Below, piece by piece: positions 52,604 through 62,845 of a stretch of 64,000 bases of DNA. The notes under the pieces were generated by a model. The model was not told the DNA's origin. It was given only the letters and a program-made list of their open reading frames with translations, and searched no databases. Source of the stretch: Ascidiella aspersa (lineage: Eukaryota); contig OZ004614.1 in the NCBI GenBank assembly GCA_963924565.1, forward strand, positions 3,100,001 through 3,164,000, written 5' to 3'. A program made the translations under genes and the position numbers. Position 1 is the first letter of the stretch; each line of letters opens with the position of its first letter.

Positions 52604-54567
52604 GTAAGTTTGTCGGAGGTTGGAATGTTTTAATTATAAAAGTTTTAAGGCAGCGTTTCTTATTCTGTGTGCCACGGGCAAACGCAAAACATATTCCAAA
52701 AAAATGGACATATATATTTTGAGCATTTTTTTTTATTATTTTATTTCGGCTTAGCAGTGTTTTTTTATTTCGGCTTAGCAGTGGTGACTTTATTGAAAGT
52801 TTTTAACCTAACCACGATTCAAGGTGTTGATGCTTGATTTAAATTAATTTAACTTTGTTTCTCTGTACGGTTAGTTGGGGGACTACTATAACATAAAAGT
52901 ACTAAATCATTAAGTGAACTATATATAATACCCAGTTTTTCTTTAGTCTTGGTATATTCATCAAAGTATTTTATCAAAATCTCCTAAATAAGGTTTGAAT
53001 CTGACAGAGGTGAGAGACAAACACGAAATGTAAACACATTGTTTCGCTCTAGTATTAATAAAGCTTTGTGTTTGCCAAGCGAAATTATACGCTGCCAAAA
53101 GTTGCCAGTTAAGACGTATTTCGACGATGCTAACACGTTTACGTTCGAGCAAACAAAGGGCAATTTTCAGTTGCCTTGGAAAGTAAAGTTTGCTGCGCGT
53201 CTTAACTTACTTCAAGACAGATTAACTTGACATGTAAATGGCTCCCTGTGGATATATCTTATCGAGTTTAAATAAGATCCCACTTTTTTCTTAGGGTAAC
53301 CTGCTTTTTTTTATGGGAGGGCGGTATACAATGAAAGACAAATACAATTAATATCTAACAAACCTGGGCCCATATATTAAACTTACCCATAACCAACATA
53401 ACAAACAGAAAGTAAAAAGATGAACACTGAACGCGTTAACTGTTAACCAGAGCATTTTCATTTTGCTGTTATTAGCTCACGTGTCACATGGCATAGAAAC
53501 TAGATGGTGAAGATTACATTTCGTCGAACCGGCCATCGCGAATGTCTATATCAATCGAGTTTCGATCGATTTCATTTCGACAATACAATATGCCGTTTCA
53601 TTGCGCACAATGGCCTACACACACTATTAAAATGAAAACCTACAACGTTTTTGTATGGTGTCTATTGAAGCTAAACGTTTTGCAAAAAAAAATCGAAATC
53701 GAGTCTTTCCTTTACTAAATTGTAAAATGGAGAAATAAATATATTTAGTCATCATCATAAAAAACGACCAAAGGTATAAAACACAATCGTCCAATATAAA
53801 ACGTTTAATTTTTGCTGCTTTTTATTAAGGAATTAGAGATAATGTAAATTTAACATTGTCGGGTATTTTATTATACGTATTAAGAATATCAAAGTAGGTA
53901 GCATTTTAAACGTTCGTAATATATGTTTATTAACGTACCGGTACACGAACTACGTCTACTAAAACCTCCAACCATTATGTTCCAAAGTCTATTTATTGAG
54001 TATGATAAAATAACATGATTTATAGCAGCCCACTGGTATACTAGACATTGTAAATATACCTTCTAACAAACCACCAATGAAAAAACTAAATCACTGACAA
54101 AATATACAGTAACCGCAACCCCGTCAAGATTGATTTTGTTTTTCTACCCAATAAAGCTAAAATGAACAACTAAAATAACAAAAAAAAAAACAGTTAACCT
54201 CCTTATGGTCAATTATCATTGTCCGATAATATATCCCAAACATGGTAAACACTTTACAGGGCTGATTTATGAATCGATATAACTATTATTAACTGCTTCT
54301 TAGTCTTGTCTACACTGCTTGAAAAATCAATCCACTTCGAGGCAATTCAAAATCGATACATCACGTGCGCCACGAAATGCGGCTTCCTTTATGAATAATT
54401 ATACAAATATTCAGCAAGCAACAGTACAAAGAGACGAAAACGAGGCCAATTTATGTGGAAAATTTCACCATGAATATTTGACGTTCCCTCTATTTTTTTT
54501 CAAATAAAAAACATTAATAAGGAAAAAGATTTGAACTTATTTTGTGGCCTAAAATTAACTTGACTTT

Positions 54568-54676
54568 TAAATAGAGGAATCAAGTGGCACTATATAAAGA
54601 CAAATTGTATTGAGTTATCGGCAAGCTTTCGCACAACCGTGCTTCATCAGGACAAAGTATCTGATTCCTCTATTTA
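54568..54676 (-). ncRNA. Minimal hammerhead ribozyme, family B, bracketed by a perfect 15-bp inverted repeat (intronic, antisense)
   Basis: Minus strand: UUGUC-CUGAUGA(54650-54644)-A-GCAC-GGUU-GUGC-GAAA-GC-UU^GCCGA. Arms TAAATAGAGGAATCA (54568-54582) / TGATTCCTCTATTTA (54662-54676). Stem I has one mismatch and one GU pair. Confidence 0.75.
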
Positions 54677-54840
54677 GAATTAGACTAACACGGCCATATA
54701 CAAAGATTGACTTAACTAAAGTCTTATGACGGGTTTCGTTAAAATATAATTCGGTTAAAAAGATAAGCCAGAAAACGCAAAATGCAGAAAGAAGGAGATC
54801 TGGGTATTTTTCAGTGTCCTCGACTTTTACTTCGCAAAAT

Positions 54841-55072
54841 ACAAATCCTCTTCAGTAGAAAAAGAGTGGCCGAAACAAATGATAAAATATTCATTCTTTT
54901 ATTTGCATACGTTTCGGCGAGTGCCTTGTCATATTCAGTGCGGTAAAATGAGGTTGAGATAAACGCGAATCATTATATAGACGCTCGCACTTGCCGAAAT
55001 GCAAATAAAAGAATGAATCTTTTATCATTTATTTGGGCCACACTTTTCTACTGAAGATTATGAACAAATCCG
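54841..55072. repeat. ~72-bp inverted repeat (54849-54924 / 54987-55057) with broken hammerhead-like motifs at both outer ends
   Basis: Arms are roughly 85-90% identical by eye. Minus outer end reads CTGAAGA-GGATTTGT, plus outer end reads CTGAAGA-ttatga-ACAAATCC-G. Confidence 0.85.
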
Positions 55073-55308
55073 TGTTTAGTGTTCCTTCACAAATCCTCTT
55101 AAAATAGTACTTTGCGTTTCTTAAAGAGTCTCTGTCAGGGGGTCACTCCCTATAAAGGATTAAGAACCACTGTCTTTCTTATAAAAGTACTTCATAAACA
55201 AAAATAGCTGAACGGCTAATTTAATATGCAAGAGCTGGTCAATGGCTAAAACTCTGCTTCTGCACACCCAACAAAATACAACCTTAACCTTTAAACTGCT
55301 ATTTTCAG

Positions 55309-55974
55309 GTTCAAACTCCAGCCGTGGTTCACCAGAACGGTATGATCGTTTACCCAGCTGGGGTGTACGGCGGCGAGATGGGTTACCAGCAGCTGGGGCA
55401 GTACAGCCTCGCCTCAGGGTCCCGCCCCATCCGCGGGGGCTCGATTCGTACGGATCGCGGAGGCCGGGGCGCCAGCGGGGTCCGAACCAACAACCCTAGG
55501 AACAGCTACTTGGGCTACAGCGCGGGCAAGGCGACGTATGGACGCTACTACTCCAAAAACAACCTGGACCGCGTTGGCTTGGTGGACATGAACGGAATGG
55601 AGATTATACCGCCGCCTGGTTTACTTAACGGACAGGCCGCTATGCCCACTATTAACGACGGTTTGGCGGCTATTTATAAGGGTGCAGCCGGTATACCGAC
55701 CCTAGCCCAAGCGGGACAGCCCCTAAACCCCTACGCGCCGGCCCAAGTGACCCCTAGCGGGGTGCCCAACCTCCCAGGGGCCCAGGTTCTGCAGACGGTG
55801 CTTCCCCAGGCCCTTCCCGAGGCCGTGCTGGAAGAGATATGCCAGCGACAGATGTGGGGAAGTCCCACTTACCAGCTACTGGCCACCGCCACCCCTGACA
55901 GTCGCCAGCTTTATCTCTACAAGGTCTCGATACCGGCCATTGCGAACCTCTTTCCGCAGCAGCCCTTCTTTCAA
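55309..55974 (+). CDS. RBM47: RBM47/A1CF-family protein, second coding exon (RG-rich linker, first half of dsRBD-like domain)
   Basis: Acceptor ATTTTCAG| at 55308, phase 0, in frame with ORF 55324-56052. Contains RGGRG, PRNSYLGYSAGKATYGRY and VLEEICQRQMWGSPTYQL...DSRQLYLYKVSIPA. Donor CAA|GTAAGT at 55974/55975. Confidence 0.93.
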
Positions 55975-56131
55975 GTAAGTTTTTGTGTTTTTTGTTTTGC
56001 TACAGTTGGACTAACCCTGAAGAATCCTATATATAGACTGAAGAGACTATAGGATTAAAGGTACAATCAAACCTAGGGGCCACTCTAAAATAGCATTTGG
56101 TCCAGCTCCAGAGCCACAAAATACTCATTTA

Positions 56132-56338
56132 ATGTAGTAGGAATTTATCAAAGCCTATATAGAAGCAGATAACATTTTGGACGTTTCGAATAACTTTTGT
56201 TGTATTCACTTTTTAACACCAATGTTAAAAATTAATGAGCTGTTCGAAAACGTTCAAAATACAAACTACTTCTATACGAACGTTGCTATTCCCACTACGT
56301 CTAACTGAAACCGCAGGCGCCAACCATTATGTTCCAAA
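56132..56338. mobile_element. Foldback MITE family F, plus arm then minus arm (palindromic), inside an RBM47 intron
   Basis: TGTAGTAGGAAT..TCAAAGCCTATATAGAAG..CATTTTGGACGTTTCGAATA (+) followed by TTCGAAAACGTTCAAAAT..ACTTCTATAC..ACTACGTCTAACT..CAACCATTATGTTCCAAA (-). Confidence 0.75.
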
Positions 56339-56444
56339 AAACTATTAAATGGCTTTCTCCTAAGAGTATTTGGATCCCCTATTAATACTGCGCTCCTGGT
56401 CAGTTTTTGTACGTAAAAATAACGCACCTCTTATTTGCTTGCAG

Positions 56445-56591
56445 CCCAACAAATTATGTGTAACTGTGGAAGAAGCAAAGTCCTACGCAGCCGAATATGT
56501 CTTATCTCAACTGGCCCTACAAGCCGATGGGTCCCCGGCCGTTGTTCCCATGCCAACTACAGTCCTGGCGCCTCCTGCCCAAGCATATCAG
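56445..56591 (+). CDS. RBM47: RBM47/A1CF-family protein, third coding exon (second half of dsRBD-like domain)
   Basis: Acceptor GCTTGCAG| at 56444, phase 0. PNKLCVTVEEAKSYAAEYVLSQL resembles A1CF/RBM46 P.KL....EAK..AA...L. Donor CAG|GTACAG at 56591/56592. Confidence 0.9.
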
Positions 56592-56596
56592 GTACA

Positions 56597-58480
56597 GATC
56601 TTTTGGGTTAAACCATAATGCTAAATTCAGGCTGAAAATCTCAAACAAATAATGGCAAAACTGTCCATTTGGCGGCGTGTTTTGCGGTGCGGTACAACTG
56701 CACCAAATTCGGGATTCAGTTGTAGGGATCTTGGCTGCCTAATATCCTTCAATATATATTGTCTGAATGTTTTGAGTTGTAATTATAACCCTAAATTCAG
56801 GCTAAAATCGCAAAACACGGTCCCGGTCAAGTCTATCAGGTACGTTGGGCGATATTATAAAGTAGCGAATAATTTAAACGCTCGAATTACGCATATACAC
56901 TTATTAGTGATTACACATTGAGTTTGGATTTTTATCCAAGCATGTCAGGTAAAGTTGGCGTTGTTAATAGGGAAGTCCGATAGTATCGGTTCGGAGCCGA
57001 TACTTGATTCCAAGTCTTGGTATCGGTGCTCGTCCGATACAAGATTAGTATCGCTGTCGGTCCAATACCAAATTAATTTTTTTATTTTCCCATGTTTTGC
57101 AACAAAGTGCAACGATTTCTACCTTACAAGGTAAATCGCCTTTGCTAAAAAAAAATGTGTGCAAACACAAAAACGTTGTTTTTAATGGTAGTTCAGATAT
57201 AACAGCATTTTGCCGGTTTGGGGAAATATGTCAATTTTAAGTGGGTTGCAGGTTTACTAATATATGTGTGTACTGTCGCTATGTGCAACTATTAATATAT
57301 CAAAACTTTATCTAGTGAAATATAGAAGGAAACTTGTTTATCATGAAGACTTGTCAACTGAACACAACATAATACATTGATATAAAAAATATAATCACCA
57401 CTGTCTATAAATTGTTTAGGAAATTGCTTTTAGCATTACGTCAACTTTAACCTTGTGCTAGTTTCCGGGTTCGTTCAACGCTGAAAGCCTTGTTAAAAGG
57501 AAAACGGCGTTTGCAAGCAGCGCGTAAAAAATGCGTGGTAGCCGTAAAATTGGTTTAATGGGAAGGGTAGCGCGCCTGCTGGTACAGGAATGCAGCGCAC
57601 AGATCACAGCAGCAAAAAAACATGTTGTTTAGCTCGAACGACCTTGCCTAAAGAACTGCTGCCTTGTTTGCTTGCTGCAGAACAACCACTTATAAAGGCC
57701 GGTCGAACACGTCAAAGAAATTAAAAAAACGAACGTCACAAGATAATAATCGCCCTTTGCACCCCTTTGTACCGGGAATGCGCAAACTGCCTTTATCTGT
57801 AACTTTATTTGAGCTGTTTTTTAGTGTCAGGTGTTCTGACATCACATGCAACGGGCGATTCGCAAATAATTAACCTGCAATTGTGCGCGCACAGTACAGG
57901 ACTATGCCGAAATCCTGCCAAATATGGCCTTGCATATGCTGGGGGCGTAATGTGTGTGCTGCAGGATTAGCCAGGTTGACTTAGCGATGCCTAATGGTCC
58001 ACGCCGCCTGTCAAGGGGCAAACAAATTGCAATTCTATGAGCGCGATAGCGTTGTTTTGCAGCGCAAACAACCTGCCTGCACATAATGAAAAAACTCTGT
58101 TGAATCGTGATTTTTGCAGTGTGGTACAATTGCAGCAAAGTTCGGTTTTAATTTTAGGGATCTTGGCTGCCAAATATCCTTTCAATCAATATTTTTTCCA
58201 AATCACGCAGTTCATCTTTGGGGGCGAAACCTTAATGCTAAATTCGGGCTGAAAATCTCAAGCACATAATGGCAACTGCCTATTTGATGGCGCGTTTTGT
58301 GGTATGGTACAACTGCAGCTAATTAGGGACTCAGATTTAGGGATTTTGGCTGCCTAATATTCTTCAATATATATAGCCGGAATCACCCTGGTGATCTTTT
58401 GAGTTGTAATTATAACCCTAAAATCAGGCTAAAAATCACAAAACACGTCAATTTGTGCATAATGGCAAAACTGGTTGGTT
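56597..58480. repeat. ~185-bp satellite-like unit: one copy at 56597-56820 and about two copies at 58080-58480
   Basis: TAATGCTAAATTC.GGCTGAAAATCTCAA.CA.ATAATGGCAA..GGTACAACTGCA..TAGGGAT.TTGGCTGCCTAATAT.CTTCAATATATA..TTTGAGTTGTAATTATAACCCTAAA.TCAGGCTAAAA recurs. The intervening 56820-58080 is unrelated. Confidence 0.85.
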
Positions 58481-58743
58481 ATAGCATTTGTGGCGAGTGT
58501 GTGACAATTCATATTAGGTATTCAGTTTGAAACGTTTCTTTTAAAAAACATTTTTGGCTAAAATTCCATAAAATAGTATTTGGCAAAATCATGTTAAATT
58601 AAGGATAAATTTACCGCAGTTGCCTTTCCAGCTTTGGAAATCAAACTCTAGTCTTTGTATAACACCGGTTGCAGTTGTGTAGTAAAAACAAAGCAAAATA
58701 TTAGAGTATAAGCAAACTAATTACCTTGTTTTGTTGTTTTTAG

Positions 58744-58899
58744 TTCGCACAGCCAGCTCCTATACAGCTCCGTTCAAGTCCAACTTCGGTTGCTACGCCA
58801 CAGCATACAGCTTACGTGCCAGTCACTACTCCTTCTCCAACTATTCCCATGTCCTTCGTCGATTCCATGGGCCAGCCCATTGCAGTAATGTACCAGTGA
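58744..58899 (+). CDS. RBM47: RBM47/A1CF-family protein, probable last coding exon
   Basis: Acceptor TTGTTGTTTTTAG| at 58743, phase 0. FAQPAPIQLRSSPTSVATPQHTAYVPVTTPSPTIPMSFVDSMGQPIAVMYQ-TGA continues the Pro/Ala/Gln/Thr-rich composition. AATAAA at 59041. An alternative in-frame AG lies at 58751-58752. Confidence 0.75.
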   Translation, partial: FAQPAPIQLRSSPTSVATPQHTAYVPVTTPSPTIPMSFVDSMGQPIAVMYQ

Positions 58900-61511
58900 G
58901 AATGCCACTGCTGAAAACAACACTCCTTTGCACCAAGCTAGGACCTCTTAGTTGGCATTATTCAACTTACAATTCTAATTGTGACGTCACAAGTGCGCTG
59001 AGTGTCAGGCTACAGGCAGCAGTCGTTTTCAGGTCTTGGTAATAAATGGCCGCGAACTCCGCTGAAAAATTGTGTCGAGTGTTTTTGCGTTTTAGAAGCT
59101 GTGCGTTTTTGTTTTTTGTCAAGGTGTGATATAGCTTTTACGTGTTCGATTCTGACAGAGCATTATAAAGTGAAGACGCTGTTTTTTGGTCTCTTGACGT
59201 TGTACTTGTTTTTGTCGTGCCTGCTTTTGGCATTAAGAGGCCTGCATGTAAACCAACTCTCACCTTGGTATGAATGTTATGCTGTTTTGTATCACTTTTT
59301 TGCGTTTTTCGGGGGGAAAGTATGCTCGTTTGACGCACTTTTTTGAAAAAAAAAATTTTTTTTTCCTTATTTCTTTTAATTTTGCCACGCGATAATTTTT
59401 TACTCACAGTATGAATCGGTTTTCTGTAGTAGAAATATCTCCGAAAGATAATTGTCGCGTTTTTTGTGCCTTTCATTTTATTGCTTTTATTCCGTATGCT
59501 TTCTTTGTACTGTCTCTGTGCTAAAATGTGCAGTTTGCTGTTTTTAAGTGCCTAAAAATCGTTTAAACGCTGTCAAAAAACTGTTCGCGGGTCGAATTTG
59601 GCAAAAGCTATTTGTTGTTACTGTATTTCCCCTCACATTTAAGTAATACCACGCAAAGAAGCGTGTCAACTTTAAAGTGGTATTTTGTTGCATTATCATA
59701 TGACTCTACTAAGGTAAATTTCACAATTTAATCAACAAATGTGGGTACATTTTACAGACTGCCCAGAACTTAAGTTTGGCCAAAAATGAACTAAAAATTG
59801 TGCTTCTAAAAAACGCATATTTTTGAATATATACCATTCGCGAAGCACGTTTTTTTATCAGGACATCGCAGTATCTCATCCACATATTCACACAGCCATC
59901 ATCCACACTCGCACGCTTCTTATCAATTTATCCTTCTGTCGTTTATAGCCCCATATGTTGGCGTTATAGACCTGAGTTCAATACATGTAGTGCAATGCGT
60001 GACATAATTGTGCTTTGTCATATGTTTATTGGAGTGCAAAGTATTGCAGAATCAGTATTTAAGTCATTAAACGATACGTTAGCGACATCTAGCGACTAGA
60101 AAAAGGCTTAACATCCTAATTTTTTCAACAGTCTATAATATTTAAGGTCAGTATCCATAACTTCTGATATAAGTCGATTAGGACTACGTGAAGACTTTTC
60201 ATGCCTTATGTGGAGTTGAAAACAATAATAGGCTACTTACCGGACCGGTGGCTTGCCGGGAAAAAAACGGTTTTAGGGATAGTAAATACAAAACTTAAAT
60301 TGACATTTATACTGACACTTTACTTGCTCCATTAACATAAAGGTAAAAATGTTGACCTACCTCCAAGTGGCGGCACCAACTCCTTAATGGAAACTGGTTG
60401 TCTGAGGACTGGGTCTGAACAATTACTAGAACATATACTGGTAAAAATACAGGCACTACACATTTACTCCTTACTTAAATTTTCCCTTCTTGAAGTAAGT
60501 AAAAAAATATCGCAAGTGTAGTCCTATTGCGCCTTCTAAAATGTCGTGTGCCGCATTTCGCATATCACGCAGCCATTTATTTTAAAATTAAAGGACATGC
60601 ATAGCTATGATGTAGTTTTAGCAAACCTATCGAATAGGGGCTGTGTTAAACCTTGATAATATTTTTGAACGGGGGACTGTGATCCAGTTGTAAAAGCAGG
60701 CCGGAACGGCGGCCAGGTAAAATAATTGTTATCGTGACGCCATGGGTAAAGAGGCCAGCGTCCGAAAACTATACTTGCCTTTTCTTAATAACATTATTTG
60801 TGCGCGACATCGAACAACCAAGGTTTTTTAAGGTTGTTTGTTTCTTAACTAACTTTGTGACGTTATCTCTAATATATTCATACGATTTAATATAAAAAAT
60901 ATTTTGCTTTTTTTCATAAGTGATTAAACAAAGGTTGGGGACCACTTAAACGAATATTTAAACGTTGGCGAATTTATAATAGGGTTAAAATGTATTGCAA
61001 CAGCGACAAGAAAAATTTGGTGAAGCATTTGAAATATAAAAGAAGTTATTTTCTTTCTCAGCCCGTAAGTATGTTTGCTTGGTCTGGAGCCAGTAAGCAG
61101 TCATGCACTAGTCAATTAGAGCAAAGAGTAAGATTTTATGCGAAAAATTCTATTTATATAATTATTCCTAGCAACCTTTTGCTTGTACACACCAAATATA
61201 CACTTTTTTTTACATAATCTGCGATATTGGGAGAGGGATTGAAAAGTTAAAAACAAGATCCCCATAGAAACAATATTCGTGCTTGAAACGTTGTGATTTT
61301 CTTGTTTATCGTAGAATTGGAAAATGAACAAGACAGAAATGTTGGAAAAATTAAGTGTATTGGCCTTCCTTTCGCGTTTGTAAGTTGTGTTTATTAAAGT
61401 ATTTACTGTTTATCTATTCACCTACAACTGTACAATGTTTTTGTTGTGATATTTCTGCTGTAAATTAACCTTTGACTGTCATTTGTAATATAATGACAAC
61501 ATGGATTTATT

Positions 61512-61716
61512 TGGCGCTCGTCTAGAATCCTACCACAACGAACATTATTTTGGTTAGGGTGCCGGTTAGCGTTTGGGTTTGGGTGAGTCCAGTAATAGTG
61601 TTAAACAATATTACTTGACCTACCCACACCCAAACACTAACCGACACCCTAACCCACATATTATGCATTGCTTAATAATCATTTCAACGTTGTGGTAGGA
61701 TTCTAGACCAGCGCCA
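61512..61716. mobile_element. Foldback MITE with 29-bp TIRs and internal palindrome carrying GGTTAGGG/CCCTAACC
   Basis: TGGCGCTCGTCTAGAATCCTACCACAACG ... CGTTGTGGTAGGATTCTAGACCAGCGCCA (28/29). Inner arms 61552-61600 / 61605-61654 are also complementary. Confidence 0.9.
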
Positions 61717-61896
61717 TTTATTTTAATTGAAACCGGTTTTGTGATTATTAAAAGCTAGAATGGTCAATGTATTTGCAACATTTGTTTAGTTAGCAATAAT
61801 TAGTTTATTTGCCGAAATAGCAATTTGATTTAAATCTGTTTGCAAGAATGGATAGTACATCCTTTTTCTTACAATCTAAAGATTGTCATTTTTTAC

Positions 61897-62103
61897 GGGT
61901 AACACTAATTTACGGAATGATGAATGGTCGGAACGCTCACAGTATTATTATTAAATATAATAACACTTGACCCACCTTCACCCAAACGCTAACCATCACC
62001 CTAACCCAAATATTGTGTGTTGGTTTAATAATTGTTTTAACGGGGTAACACTTAAATTAGTGAGCGTTCCGACCATTCATAATTCTGTAAATTAGTGTTA
62101 CCC
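61897..62103. mobile_element. Foldback MITE with ~44-bp TIRs; same internal core as 61512-61716 but unrelated TIRs
   Basis: GGGTAACACTAATTTACGGAATGATGAATGGTCGGAACGCTCAC ... GTGAGCGTTCCGACCATTCATAATTCTGTAAATTAGTGTTACCC. Core ACTTGACC.ACC..CACCCAAAC.CTAACC...ACCCTAACCCA.ATATT.TG..TTG.TTAATAAT is shared. Confidence 0.9.
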
Positions 62104-62184
62104 TTTTTCACTGGAAATGAATTTTATAATGTTACTTCTAGCGATTCGTGTTTAATTTAGACAGTTTATTTATTTCAAGTCTTA

Positions 62185-62465
62185 GGTGCTGGTCTTGAAT
62201 CTTACCATAACGTTGAAACCAATATTAAAGGAACGCACAATATTTGGTTTAGGATGTCGGTTTGTGTTTTACTGTTTGGGTAAGGGTGGGTCAAGTACTA
62301 TTAATAATATTGCTAAAAATCGCCAAACCGCACCCTAACTCAAATAATGTTCGTTGTGGTAGGATTCTAGACTTGACCCACCCGTACTAATTTGTGTCCT
62401 GACCCAAACTATGATAGCAATGTAAATTCCCAGACAAAAATGTTAAAGGTTTCTAGACCAGCGCC
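62185..62465. mobile_element. Inverted, rearranged copy of the 61512-61716 foldback element
   Basis: GGTGCTGGTCTTGAATCTTACCATAACG at 62185, CGTTGTGGTAGGATTCTAGAC at 62352-62372, second terminus TTCTAGACCAGCGCC at 62451-62465. Confidence 0.8.
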
Positions 62466-62710
62466 GAAAAAAAATGAGGATTGTTTCATTTCAATAAATT
62501 GTAGCTCGTTGAATGCCTTTAATTGCAAAAAGTTAAGCCACACATGCGCTTACATTTTTGGTATATTACTTCATACATCAACACATTTATAAATATTAGA
62601 AATAATTTTATTGTGGCTGCGGAAAAATTTTAGCATGAACTTATAACCTATAACAGGCCACAATTTCTGCATATACATCTCCCCATGCAATACCAAAAGT
62701 TCCCGCTATA

Positions 62711-62845
62711 GAATTGTTAAGCTTGGAAATGAGAAGATTACGGGCAGACCTTATAGAAGTTTGGAAAATTATGCATGGAAAGTTAAATAAAGAAGATTTT
62801 TTTATTCTTAGAAGCAACAAAACACAAGGTCATTCTTTTAAATGC
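62711..62845 (+). mobile_element. CR1-type LINE ORF2 C-terminal remnant
   Basis: Translates ELLSLEMRRLRADLIEVWKIMHGKLNKEDFFILRSNKTQGHSFKC, matching the CR1 ORF2 motif L.SLE.RRLRGDLIE.YKI..G......F......TRGH..KL. Confidence 0.8.

Noticed and set aside
56017-56063. CTGAAGA followed by an 8-bp stem (ATCCTATA/TATAGGAT)
   Set aside because: Followed by TAAA rather than GAAA, with no stems I or III. It cannot be called a ribozyme, though it may be a relic.
58731-59042. ORF 58731-59042 as the last RBM47 exon frame
   Set aside because: The phase-0 donor at 56591 and the acceptor at 58743 select a different frame that ends at 58899.
60081-60096. AGCGACATCTAGCGAC as a CTCF-like site
   Set aside because: Several mismatches to the consensus and a single short match; not supportable without ChIP or ATAC data.
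61550-62345. TTAGGG/CCCTAA motifs as interstitial telomere
   Set aside because: Only isolated single units embedded in foldback elements; no tandem array.
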